Counted from the first letter of the whole stretch, positions 15,153-27,632 are shown. The stretch is 64,000 bases of DNA, filler included, from Dirinaria sp. TL-2023a (GCA_051941275.1; 10 parts of 10 records of this genome joined end to end with filler, not necessarily neighbours in it), one strand, 5' to 3'. Notes: generated from the letters alone by a model not told the origin. Numbers and translations: made by a program.

Positions 15153-18100
15153 TTATGTGTGATTGGCAACGTCGGTGGCTTGTTTGGTCTGGTAGACCTC
15201 CCTGTTGGACTTTGCAGAGGAGTCCGTATAGAAGTCCCAGTCTTCATACGGCTTCGTCACGACAGAAAAGGCGATCTCTTCCATGTGGCGCCCAATGTGT
15301 CGAGCACGCTCATCCAACATTGATTTCCTCAGCATTTCCCCGCAAAATAGACAAGCGAGTTCATTTTCATGAACAGTGTTCTCGACTACGGGGTTTTCTT
15401 TACTTGGATGGCTTTCCAACTCTATGACCACATCTCTAGATTGTCCTTCTAGTTCATGCACCAGAATTTCATGATTCAAAACCGATGATCGTGAGGCATA
15501 CGTATGCTCGGGTGTAGCACAATCTGGAAAGGTGCACAGGTAGGGCCGAAGGTCGCTTATGACGTGTTTTCTGTTTATACAGGTTAGCACATAGAGCGAG
15601 ACTCAAGGCGCTACTCACTGCCACTCAAGTCGCCTTTCCACTTGGACATGCTGTCCACATATGTCACAATAGAAGCTTTTGACCCTGCCCAGCTCTACTG
15701 GGGGCGGAGGGAGAGCCGGTAGCATTTTCAAGCTAGCAGATGAACCGCTTTGATTATCACTTAGAAAGACCGGGTTTTGTTCTTGCGGGTCGAGCGTTGG
15801 ACGCCCACGCAGAGAGCTATTCACACTGGACTCAGGCGAGCATGTTGTAATTGCAGTTCCACCTGTCCAGAAGTTTGAAGATGAACATTTGTCCTTTTTG
15901 GGGTACAACTCGAGTCCTGACGCTTCAGTGTGACGTGTTTCCTGAGGAACGCCTAATCTTGGGACATTATTGCAGAATTCGTCAACTTCATGGTGTTTGG
16001 TCACCTCGTGTCCAGCTATTGTCCACAAGATTGATTCTGTTTGACTAAGTTGATTACCCAGACCAAGCGTAGGCGGTAGAGTGTCGGGCTTGAGGAGAGA
16101 AGGTATCTCAGCACTACCGTAAGCGTCATTTTCTGGTTGACGTCGCTGATATTGTTCCACATCATCTGCGATTTCAAGAACTTTCTCTCGCTTTTTGGTG
16201 ATTCCATATTCGCAAATGCGAATGTTCTTTATCAAGCTGTCGAATTTTTGTGTATCCTCAAATCCCTTTTCATGAATATCATTCATTATTTGGTTGAACT
16301 CAGCTTCTGTTTCGTTTTGCAAATCACGAATATCATCTTCCGTCTTGCCAAGATCGTCTCTCAGGTATGAAATTTTCCTCTCGGCAGAGTCAGGGCCTGG
16401 AATCTCCTCAAATTCTATGGCCCATCGAGAGATGCAATACCTTGTGAGAGTTAGACGCTTTCTCTCGATACGTGCGAGTGCCTCAGCAGCTGAGCTTCGC
16501 CACGCCTCATCTCGAGGGCTATCGAGAAGGCCGCCATACCTCCGAATGTAGAAACATACTTCGCTCTGTCCAATACTGGTGTCACTCGCTCGGACCCGGA
16601 TCCACTTGGGAGAACAATAACGGTAAAAAGATACGCAGTGATTAACTTTCATATTTTGTAAGTCGTTAACTGCGTGAATCAGGAAATTCTTCCAACATCG
16701 AGAAAGCTCTTCTATGGTTTCTAAGCTAATAATTCGATGTCGAAGTTGCGTCCTGCGTCTCGCGATGGCAGCAACACGAGCGTGCCTCACGTCATTTTCT
16801 GGTAGAGGTATCTCTTCCCCTACCATGGTATCCCGTAGCGAAATGTCAACGCCTGTTTGTGCCATAGACGGTTCCAGACCATCCGCTTTTGGTGGCTTCT
16901 CGGCAGAAGAAAATGATTGGGCAGCGTCCTGTATTTCTAGCTGCTTCATTTTGGGCCGTTCAGAACGGAGTCGTTCAGATCGCTTGAAATTAGCTTGAGC
17001 GAGACGGCGGGTGAGGTACGTGGGTAAGCGAGGGTATCGGTCCCGAATATTGCGGCCATAGATTTGAGCACCGAGTTCTAACCCGTCGAATTCGTCCACG
17101 GCTTTATCGTCTTCCTTCGGGCCAGGCGCCAATGCCAAATGCACATTTCGAAAGACTTTGATTTCTTCCTCCTCTTGCGCGGTAAGAGTTTTATCAGGAA
17201 TTTCCGGACCAGGAGGGGACACGAGATTAGCAGCTGTGGACGGCACGGCGCTCTGATTGAGCCATGCATCGAGGGGAGAAGCACCGCTATTCCAATCCAT
17301 AGCAGTAACGGCTTCATAGTTGAAAGCCTGCTTTTCCTCTTTCTTTCGTGCCTTGGCAGGACGGCCGATTGCAGCCTCAAATTCTGATGGGCTTCGCTTA
17401 GGGGGCAGATTGGCCAATTTGCTGCTTTCGTCCATGTCAACAGCATCTGGCGGCTCCGGCCTGCTGCCATAGACTCGTAAGTCTTCTTCGACCTGCTGGC
17501 GGGCAATGTCGTCTTCTGAGACAATCACTTTATTAAGCATATCTTCCAAGCCGTCCGACATGGGGAAAAGTCTGAGATAGCAATTCCCACTGTTTCATTC
17601 AGTAACTGACGAATGTCACGGTTTCAGGCTCATACCAGGTTAATAAGCCTGAGATTTCGCATGTTCTCAGGCTAGCGCTTGAGCATCCTGGTCTGGGACA
17701 ATATCCCGGTTTACGCTGGAGATGAGACATGATCATCGACATTGTCAATGTTGCACCTTGAGATATAGAACGGCTCCAATGCTCTTTGTTCACAATCGCC
17801 CTTCGATTGTTGACGTCAATGATATGGAATTTTCCTTCCAAGATCTTCTTCTCCCCAGGCTTGTCCTTGAACTGAGCACGAAGGAACCCTTCAAACGGCT
17901 AACTGAAATTGTGAGTGGCTAATGAGAATCGACGAGCAGGCTCGGTGCAGGCGTACCTCCCAGTGACAGAAGTATTCATAAGGCAACTCTCTGTATTCGC
18001 CTAGAGCATTTGTGAATCGAATGTTTGAGTCGAGCAAAGAAGAGGGTGACTGTGCAAGACGCTCCTGTACTTGAACAACAGCCTGATATGTACGCCAGTC

Positions 18101-18936
18101 CGCTTGCACGATATTATAGAGAAGGCCGCGGATCTCCTGTGAAAATGTAGCAATAAAAGCGAAGCCCTGTCTCACTATATCTCGTACACTCATCACCGAA
18201 GATTGTGTTGCATCGCTTTTGGATGAGATAGCCTCCAATTTGGCCTGAGAAGTTGCTTCTATACCCTCCATTCGGTCCTGGATATACTCCACTCTACCTT
18301 GGACTTGATTCAGTGCAGCTCTCTGCTCCACAATTTTTGACATCAAAGCTCCATGATCTTTATTCCTTTTTAGATTCATTGACGAAACCGCTTGCCTATG
18401 CAGCATGGGTGAGCTGTCTATCATGCACAGTAACGGACAGGAATCATCCTCACGAGGTATGTGTAGCAAGAAGCAAGTTGATACTGATCAACTTTGCTGC
18501 CACCAAAGCCCTCAGCTTCTTCACCTCCTGCGAAAAGGAGACCGCCCATTTCGTCTTAGCGCCAGCCTTGCAAAGTGACGTCCGATCTGTCCAAGGTCCC
18601 AATGGCGACTCATATTCCTCCAGCTTCGTCATGAAGTCCCTGAGAGGCAGCTGGCAAGCAAGAGCCATTCCCCGAATAGCGTTCACTTGCCTGGCATTGT
18701 CCTCGGTAGGTTCCAGAGCCTCCAGGTGTTGGAGAGCATGTTTGAGGCCCTTAAGCTCTATGACAGCGTCCTGGTATTCGGCAGATGCGCCACCCGTCTC
18801 TTTCAGTGCCTTGCTAATCTTTCGGATCAGACCTGTAGGGAAGTAAGCACGGGGAGAATCTATCCATCCAAAAGTATGATCACCCACTGATCGTATTGAT
18901 GAAGTCGCCAACAGAAAAGCCAAATGCTGGTGTCAT
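15153..18936 (-). CDS. Multidomain protein, ~1172 aa: HeLo-like/SesA-type N-terminus, fungal ubiquitin-like domain with Cys knuckle, coiled coil, AcuF-like C2H2 zinc-finger C-terminus; exons 18936-18888, 18832-18454, 18395-17957, 17898-17636, 17589-15619, 15570-15153
   Basis: Five 46-58 nt GT..AG introns give one open frame of 3519 nt. N-terminus MTPAFGFSVGDFINTISLIRKISKALKETGGASAEYQ; IRFTNALG..RELPYEYF.HWE.FEGFL..QFK.KPG...I..G.F; CPRPGC..C..C; LPPPP...FYCDIC...W.KHV..DLRPYLCTFPDC...H...H...CLFC...HIGRHMEEIAF. Confidence 0.8.
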
Positions 18937-19352
18937 ATCTGAGTGCACTTCATGGATGCTCAATGCACTGGCAATGACCTCATGGGCAATCGCCGTCGAA
19001 CATGTCAATTTCGAGCTTCAGTCCGGTAGCGCAAGGCTGCCGAGGCTGCTGCATTGATTCAGCCTTGTCACTAACCCTGCAGCTTCAGACTCAGGCGGCC
19101 TATCAATGTTGATACTGTCTTAAACCGAGGTTCGATCAACCTTACTCGCTGGGGCTAGATTTTCAACCATAGAACCCTGCTCCTAGCTGCAATCCTCTTC
19201 AAATCTCGAATGAGCACGAGTACTCGTACCTGTTCTCAAACTTCCACTTAAAATCACCTACTTTTACCCATATTATTTCTTTACCTACTTGTAAGTAGGT
19301 AGACATTCAAAAAACAACACTATCAATCCTTTCCCACATCCTTCTCTTTACC

Positions 19353-19452
19353 NNNNNNNNNNNNNNNNNNNNNNNNNNNNNNNNNNNNNNNNNNNNTTAA
19401 TTAATTAANNNNNNNNNNNNNNNNNNNNNNNNNNNNNNNNNNNNNNNNNNNN
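19353..19452. other. Artificial contig linker
   Basis: N44-TTAATTAATTAA-N44. Confidence 0.99.
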
Positions 19453-20497
19453 GTCCGCGCCAGATGGGTCGGATACGGGTCCATCGGGTACATAAAGTAA
19501 GGTACATGAACAGCACGTTACCAATTACCATCTTGTTGACCTTATTACCCTGCATGGATCGAAATATTTGGAAGATACAAGGTGACTTCCCAATCTTGAT
19601 CATGGAGAGCAGCCCTATGTCAAAAACCGTAGTCGGTTAATTGCTTCCCCTGTAACAGGCAGGTGGATCCAGCAATTGATAGGCGCGGCTCTGCTGTTTG
19701 ATGTGGATGTGATGTGGAGGGAGAAAAAGAAAAGCATGGCACTGCTCGCATGGCAAATATGTAATGGGGCATTGACCTTGAAAGATCCGGATCCAGAACC
19801 CAAATGATGTCGATTCTGCATTCTCTAGTCTACTGACGTAGGCGTTTGGACCTGGGTTACTCACAGTGCTCGTTTGGTATTGCTGATCACGAGATGAGTT
19901 GCCCCATCCCCATTTCCGACGGTGGGCCCGAGTGCACCGACTCGTACAGTATTGGATCCTGACTAATTCGTATTCGCAGATCTCGCAGCACCCACGATCA
20001 ACACCAAAAAAGCTGTACATGTACGTTGATCTCGATTGCAGTGCATCCCAAACCGGTTTGAAGCTGCCTGGTTTAAGCGACATCGGAAAGCGCGCACATG
20101 CCCTGCACCATCCACGTGAGCTCAGATGTACCAGCCTACCAGGGCAAGGGCAAGCTCCGCTTTGGGCTCGTTTCGGATGGCAGGCACACCCACACGGCTG
20201 GATCGTTGCGGACACAGACCTCTTTGGGTGCTGTACGGTAATGTCCGCAATCCTTCCGTCAAATTAAATGTGCTTCCTGACGTACCTCGGCGGTGGAGCT
20301 GCTGCACCCGTGCTGCCTGTGATTGTGACATTCAGTGCTCCCGTACAGAACATTCGAAGCCGGAGAGAGCTACTGTCACCAATGCCTGGTGGCAGTCACG
20401 CTCGAATCATATATTGATCTCTAAATTCGATGGTTCCTGGTGCGAAGAAGTTTCGCAGTCACTCATCCAAATCTGGCAGATCTGCGCTCTCCACGGC

Positions 20498-22271
20498 CTA
20501 GCATTCGCAACGACCGTAATAGCGAGGCCAGGGAACAACGTCTCTGATGTTGCGCACGCCAGCCAGATAGCCCAGCAAACGATCGAATCCGAGTCCAAAC
20601 CCGCCATGAGGGACGCTGCCATACCGGCGCAGATCTGCGTACCAACCCAGATTGACGGACATGCCTGAAGGTGGCGAAACGGGATGGGGGTGTTGATCCG
20701 CGTTTTGAGTTCCCTGGGCACCCAGACTATGCTGATCCATAGATTGCAAAAGGGGCTCAAGACGGTGCTCACGCATAGAGCCGCCAACAACCTCGCAGCC
20801 GTCGGGTAGTAGAAGGTCAAAACATGCAGCTGTACTCGATTCTAGCCTGTCACCGGCAGAACCTTGCGCTGAGGGTAGCATGTAGAAGGGCTTGGTTCCT
20901 CGTGGGTAATCGGTCACAAAGACAGGGGACCCTTGGCCGACGTGTGCCGCTATAAATCTCTCATGCTCTAGCTGCAATCCGTCGTTCCATGATGGTGGGT
21001 AATCAAAGATTGTCTTTTCTGCAGCAACCCTTCGGAGGAGCTCAATGGCGTTTCTGTAGGTGACACGAGGCCACGGAGAATTTGTAAGAGCATCCCATCG
21101 ATCCGACACCAGCCTGGCAAATGTTCCTCCCTCGTCTTCGGACAGAACGTCATTTCTTCTCTCGAGGTCGACTAGTTCTTGCAGTATACCTGAAGTCCGT
21201 AGCTCTCTAACGAGCGTTTTTATCATATCTTCCGCTCCGTTCATGACATCGCACAAGCTCTCCGTCCGCATCTCAGCTTCCAGCATCCAGAATTCGCTGA
21301 CGTGACGCGGGGTATCACTTGTTTCGGCTCGGAACGTGGGGGACAGTGTCCAGACCTTTGGATGCTCATGTACAAAAGCTTCTAAATGCAACTGGGACGA
21401 CACTGTAAGATATTTTCGATCTCGGAAGAAATGCTCCTGATACTGCGGTAAAGGTATAGCGCTTGTCGCGCCGGCTCTTGTCGCTGCGTTAGCAGTAACC
21501 GTAAAAACCTCACCAGCGCCTTCGCAGTCTGAGGATGTAATGATGGGTGGTTGTAAACGGATGAAGCCCTTTGCACGAAAGTAGCATGCAAGATGGAAAT
21601 CGGATTCGGATCTGAGTCGCGCAAGTAGTGCACCCAATGGTGTCCGCAGTCTCAGGTGAGGGATGTTGCGGAGATACTCGGCAGTGTGGAATTTCTTTTG
21701 GAGAGGATACTTCTGTAGCAAAAAAATAATCAGCTTCGATTGCATTATCGACGGCAGCCCACACCTGGTGTCAGAAATGCTATCACAAACCTCAGCATCG
21801 GTTGGGCCGAGGATACGGACTTCCTGGGTCTTGAGCTCGTAAGGCTGTTCTTTACCAGGCGGACAATGTTGCCATATGCCCGTTAATGCAACCGAAGTCC
21901 CAGTACCAAGTCTTTCAATGCCTTAGCCTTGGGTGGCGCTGTTGTACAAGCTCCGCAGCAACGTACCCTTCTGCATGTTGAGGCTCCAGTATAGCCTGCA
22001 GAGGACGAGACGTGGAGCCGTCGCCGATCTCGAGGAAGCATCGATGCTTCTGCTTCCGAATTGTCCGCACCGATCCGGTGACACGAACATTATTAGAACC
22101 AGTGGTCGTGCCAGGTTCTTTGGCCAGTATCGCGGCGATGCTTTCGTCGCTGGAGCTCAGTGTTGACGCGTGCCGGTTCGGCCGCCTCTGCCCCAGAATC
22201 TCAATGCTGTAAGTGTAACGATGGCATGGTCGGTGGAGATGCAGGTGACGGTAGAGGGATCTCCGTAGCAT
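20498..22271 (-). CDS. SLM5: Mitochondrial asparaginyl-tRNA synthetase, ~546 aa; exons 22271-21967, 21911-21791, 21712-20498
   Basis: Arg-rich presequence; OB-fold (VTGSVRTIRKQK..FLEIGDGS); class IIb motifs YPLQKK, HLRLRT, TSSDCEGAGEVF, YLTVSSQLHLE, FRAE.S.TPRH.SEFWMLEAE, WYADLRRYGSVPHGGFGLGFDR. Confidence 0.93.
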
Positions 22272-24436
22272 GACAGTATCGGAGAGTCAAGAATTAGTAG
22301 CTCGAGCAGAATGGAAAGTGAAATATGTACGGGTTTGCGCGTTTTGGGGGTGGCCTAAAGTTTCAAATCGTCGCCCGCGGTAAGGTACATTATTACCCGA
22401 GGTAAGTTAGAGGTAAGGTACCTTAGGTACATTAAAAAAAGGCGGGAGGAGGGTTTTTGAAGCTACCTTCAATCCCAGGGCCACCTTATCTTTGGGCACC
22501 TTCAGGTACGAGGGTATAGATAGACAAAGCGGAATAAATCGCTCTCGTTGAGGATCATTTCAATGAAAATCATCATACAAGCTGACCAGTGAGTTCCTGT
22601 ATATTCTCGCAGTATGAACTTACATTTGAAACATCTCCGAATAGTGAGACCTCGCAATTCCATAGGCACGGGTCAGGCAGCCTAAGATTTCATGCGTGTA
22701 ATCATGAATTATTACGCTTTCATTACTTGTATCACATTTCCATAATGGTAAGGCAGTTTAAGCTGCCGTGGTTAGTCAGGTATTCGCATTTTGTACTTTC
22801 CATAATGCTCTGTTCGAGTCACCCACCTCGAGAGTCAAGAGAGCTTCGCACTTACTTTTCAGTAGTCCTTTCACTCTCACAGTAGATACAATAGGCATTT
22901 CAGGAGTCTTATAACAGCTTCGTAGCTCAGGAAACCTATTGCCAAGACTCGGCTGACATAATCACCAAAAACCATCTAAGTAATGTACGCTGGTACTTTA
23001 CTAAGTCACAAGCTAGGTACATGTATGCTAAGGGGAAAGAAGGCCCGGTTTTTCACCTACATGCACTACTCACTTAAGGTAGGATTTCAGTCCCACTTCA
23101 TCTAGCTAGTCTAGAGTAGGGCAAGGCGGATCGGATCGGATTTTCCCCCCCTGGTCACCCGATCTGCCCTACCAGTCAAAAGAGAGATTGAGGAGAAACA
23201 GAGTGGAGACGAGATGGTTTCCATCAATGATCATCAAATCATCCTCCTCCAATCCAAACATCCAAGACATGGCATAGCAAGAAAAAGGCAGTGGTTCCGA
23301 GAGCCAAAACCAGCTGCAGGGACGGAAATAGATCCACGGTCAACACACGACCCCGTGGCGTTCTATCAATCAACTTCGATCCAACCGGGCCATTAATTAT
23401 TATTACTCGGGCAACAGTCGGACCCAGACAAAGGGTGTCGATTAATCTCCGACTTTCATGACTCGTTTGAATGTTTCAAAACTTGCATTTACTCTAGCCC
23501 AACCACGCAAAGTCGTTCGGGTCCATAGCCTGACGATTTAAACGAATGAGATGGGTAGGAGCGGCACCACGGCAAAGGTCAAGGCTGAGGGTACACGCAG
23601 ATAGCCGAGGCCGGGGCAAAAGTGATCTGTCAGATCCTTAGCTAGCTTGCAGTTTGACAAGCAAGATGGTGTGCTATCATCTCTGCCAACCTCCCCGAAG
23701 CCTTGGGACCGGAATTCCGTCTCTTCGGCCTGCTGGGATGCTCTTCCCCATGGCTTCTTCCAGTGGGTCCGCCATCCCAAAACGTCGCACTGCTCTATGC
23801 TAGTCTTGTCTGCCCCTTCAGAAACATGCACAGCAGTAGCGAAGAGGGGCGTCATCATCATAAGGTAATCAATCAATGGTCGCCAAAGGTCGTCAAGCAG
23901 CGCTTTGGCTTTGTGGCGTTTGACTATGCCATACAAGTAGGTGCCGTCGGACCTGATTCGTTGACACACTGCTGGGTCGATCTAAGGCCGACCAAAAGTC
24001 TATCTTTCTCCAGTCACCCAGCTTAGATCACTTTGGCCCGTACCCAAGGCCATGCTCGAGTGCGTCAGAACCTCCTGTTAGCACGCGTAGGATTTTCAGA
24101 AGGGCGGGACATGCAGCCTCCCCATCCATTCCCAGGAGACGGGGAGCCGGAATGGAATGCCCCGTCGAGCTGCCAATCACTACTCCACCGAGCGATACTG
24201 TCAATGCGTGATCTATATTCCTTCCATTCCCATCGTGGCTGTTTGGGCCAGCGTTCGGACTTGGCCTTGACCATGGTCTAGACAGCATGCCACGAATTTG
24301 GCGCGGCCGAAAGCTTACCGGCAATCATGTCACATGATATGGACTGGAGAGTATTAGATATGACTTCGATAGCTCTCGTCGTCTCCTCTTTTCCGCATTC
24401 CGCCTGTTGTCAGCTTCTTGAACACAGACTGAGCAT

Positions 24437-24607
24437 TTATCATTCTGCCCTCCCGCTTGTTGTTTGTTCTGTCGATGTTTCTTGGTTATCATAACTTTGG
24501 TTATCATAACTCTACCTCTCGCTAGCTTGGCTGGAACCAAGTACGGTACCATCACTGTCGCGGCGTCTTTCGTTATCAAAACCTCGTTGGGGTATCTGCT
24601 TCTATCA
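24437..24607. promoter_or_regulatory. Cluster of GATA-type (WGATAR) sites upstream of the macrodomain gene
   Basis: TTATCA at 24437, 24486, 24501, 24573 and CTATCA at 24602; two sites lie in an exact 15-nt tandem repeat TTGGTTATCATAACT (24482-24511). Confidence 0.45.
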
Positions 24608-24653
24608 TCACGTCTGACAGCTCCAAAAGTTTTCTTCTTCTAACATTCCCGAT

Positions 24654-25633
24654 ATGCCTCCCGCAAAACTCAAGCCTTCGGATATAGCTGGGGAAGCCAA
24701 GCGCATATACATACCCTATATCGAACGACAATGTACTCAATGGCCCGTACCGTCATATTCATTTCCTGATTCATCCAAGATTCGCGTATCGCCCGCCGGA
24801 GCTTCGGGACGGAAGCTTCGTGTGGCGGTGATCGACGGAGACCCCATTGACGTTGCGTTGGACTGGTACGATTTCAATCTGAGAGAAGATAAGACTCCAT
24901 TCACACGCACTTGTCGTGTCGAAAGCGGGCCTATCGCCGTCGTCAACATGGCAAACGAAAAACGTGCCGGCGGAGATTGGGAATCTGGTCTACTTGCGCC
25001 AGAAGAATGTCTTTGTAGACGTTCAAACCTAGTTCATACTCTTACCACCTCGGCGACGCGGACATCTCACTATCCAATACCAACGAACGGAGGCATCTAT
25101 TCGCCTCATGTCGGTATGGCCCTCTCCAATACCCTTGCACATGAGAGGGTTCGCTAATATCCCATTCCGCAGTTGTCTTCCGCTCTGGTGCGGACAAGGG
25201 TTACAAGGTCTGGAAGGAATTCAAAGATCTACCCGTCGTTTCCGTTGCGCCTGTGCGCCGTCCGAAGCTCGACGAGTCGGAAAAGGAATACTCCTTCGAA
25301 CAGGAACGGGAATTGATGAAGGAGAAGATGAGGACCGTTCTCCGGATCGCGGCGAGTATGAACCATTCGCAGCTGTGCATGGGAGCTTTCGGCGTTGGTC
25401 CTGGCTTCCGCAATCCTCCCGCGCAGGTTGCGGCTATGTGGAGGTCTATTTTGTTCTCGGAGCGAGAGTTCCAAGGTGCTTTTTCCAACGTCGTGTTTGC
25501 CATTGAGAGCTCAGGAGGTGGGTGTCCGAAGAGCGGTCTGACCGATTTCGAGGTCTTCAAAGCGGAATTCGACCCTGCGAACATTGTGAAGACTTCATGG
25601 AGGACGCAGGACGTAAGCCATCTGGACATGTGA
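24654..25633 (+). CDS. DUF2263/TIGR02452-like microbial-type PARG macrodomain protein, ~306 aa; exons 24654-25113, 25173-25633
   Basis: VVNMANEKRAGGDWESGLLAPEECLCRRSNL, GGIYSPHVVVFR, VVSVAPVRRPKL, MKEKMRTVLRIA, LCMGAFGVG.GFRNPP..VA, F..VVFAI; a GTATGG..GCTAAT..CAG intron restores the frame. Confidence 0.88.
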
Positions 25634-25804
25634 GGCGGTGTCTCTAATGTGGGATTGAATGGCGTTTGATGTCAGGGCAAGGGAGGGCAGGTCTGAAGCG
25701 TAAGGTACTGTGGATTCGGCTAGAAGGACATTAACCTTGTTTGGAATGAATCAGATGTGCACTGGGTTATGGAGGGGGGGAAAGGGCGAGAGAGGGCGAA
25801 AGGG

Positions 25805-25904
25805 NNNNNNNNNNNNNNNNNNNNNNNNNNNNNNNNNNNNNNNNNNNNTTAATTAATTAANNNNNNNNNNNNNNNNNNNNNNNNNNNNNNNNNNNNNNNN
25901 NNNN
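25805..25904. other. Artificial contig linker
   Basis: N44-TTAATTAATTAA-N44. Confidence 0.99.
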
Positions 25905-25935
25905 CGACGCAGTACTTGTGTGAAAGACGTGGCAG

Positions 25936-26288
25936 TGTAATAGATTATATGGCTACCTGATACTGTAGTTCCTGCTAGAACTAATCACTAAGGACTCCCC
26001 CCGAAAGGGTGGGTGGTCCCCTATACTTAACCGCGAGCGTTAACATTGCCCCACCGTGACGAGCCCCGCGCTGGCGGATCACGAGCGTTCGTAGGCACAA
26101 TGCTCTATAAGCGTCAACCGCTCACTGGCTCCTAGTTATCCTCGGGATTCAACCTTCCGACGCTGGCTCCTAGGCGGCGCTAGCCATGCTTCAGACCCCG
26201 AAGGATTGCCCCTGGGCACCCCCGGCTGCCAAGCGGCGCTAGCCTGCATTGGTCAATATATACCAATGTATCAGGTATCACTGTTACA
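25936..26288 (+). mobile_element. Probable retrotransposon LTR (353 bp), likely a 3' LTR whose internal region lies in the gap
   Basis: Ends TGTAATAG...CTGTTACA (7/8 inverted match); subterminal inverted repeat TACCTGATAC (25954) / GTATCAGGTA (26268); purine-rich GAAAGACGTGGCAG just upstream (PPT-like); internal short direct repeats; GC-rich unlike its flank; no TSD. Confidence 0.65.
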
Positions 26289-27314
26289 TCGTTGTGGGCC
26301 CAAGTTAACAGAGACCCTCGAGCTCGTTCAAGAACACTCTTCGATATCTCGAATGAATCAAGAAGTGACAGAAGCATGGTCAGATCTCTTGAAGCGGAGT
26401 TCACGATCACAGATTGTTGAGCAGCTGCGGGCACTGCAACAGGCTCTTGGTTGTGAGAAACGATCTGACTGGGCACGCCATTGAAAATGTTTGCATTTAA
26501 GAGGTTGGAAACCGCTGTGACACAAGAAGCAGGTATAGTTGAGTAAGTCAAAGGATTCTGTGTAGCAACGCTGATAGCCCGCTCAGAAAGGAAGTGAAAA
26601 GCGTCCGTCGAGGTTGCAGGCGCATTCTTCGTAACAAGTTCCAAATTCACGCTTCTTTGATGTTTTGCTTCATTATTCAAATCGTCATTTGTGCTTTCCT
26701 CTCTCTTTCGCTTTTGGGAGCTTCGTGTAGAGCTTTGTGGCGAGGAATTATCGATTTCGATATCTTTCCCAACTTAGTACACATGAAAACATGGGAATAA
26801 GACTCATATCTGTTTCTTGAGCTCGGACCTGATGAACCCTATCCTCAAGTCTGCGGCAGAGAAGAGACTCTCGATGTTTGACAATATATTTGACAAGTTT
26901 TATTTGGTGAGATCGATTAAGATGATGCACTTTGTGTTTGTCTAAGGCACAGAAAACTAACAGGAGACAAGGCCAATCTATGACGTTTGAATTCAATAGA
27001 AAGAGGCTTTGCTTCGCAGCCTTGATTTGCCAAAACTTCTTCAGGCCGTTCAAGAATCCTTCATGAATCTCGCTTAGGCCTTTCTTATTAATCTCTTCGA
27101 CAGTGCTTCGAAGCAGCGTTTTGTGCCTTTCGAGTGTTTGATCCACGTAGAGATCGCGATGTCGATCAAGACGCTCCTCAGAAAAGGCAACCAATGCAGC
27201 GCGAAGGTGGCAAACAAAGTCCTTAACTTCTTCGTCGGCAAGACTCTCGAAGCTATTCGATCATTTGAGATTAGGATTGATCGGAGTGCTGAAAGTGATG
27301 TCGGTAGATGACAT
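26289..27314 (-). pseudogene. Orphan gene with an internal TGA, one probable intron and a 3' end interrupted by the LTR
   Basis: ATG 27314 MSSTDITFSTPINPNLK*SNSFES... is in frame with ORF 26748-27194; the next exon (DIEIDNSSPQ...QKRKREES) is in frame with ORF 26180-26680; the last ~35 codons of that ORF are LTR sequence. Confidence 0.55.
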
Positions 27315-27632
27315 TGTGCATGTCGCTACGCTAGAATGTAAGATCTGATGAAGTACAAAGTCATCACTCATAAGATAGCTAAGTCCTGACTATCAATCGA
27401 TCAGCGCCCGTGAGGGTCCACTACACGATCCGATCTTGACGTACATCACGCTAGCTATCTATGGCGTGGTCCCCACCGACTGCAAATGCAAACGTAAATT
27501 GGCTTGGCCTCGTCGCTTGTCATTCCACGGCTTCTCGCACATTATCGAGTTAGACCTGGGTCCGAAATTATACGATCTCCTTCAACTAAGATTGAAAAAA
27601 AAAAACATTTTAAAAGTATCATTGAGGTAAAT

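Noticed and set aside
23538..24324. Possible gene from minus-strand ORFs upstream of the macrodomain gene
   Set aside because: Could not be spliced into a coherent frame and shows no recognisable motif.
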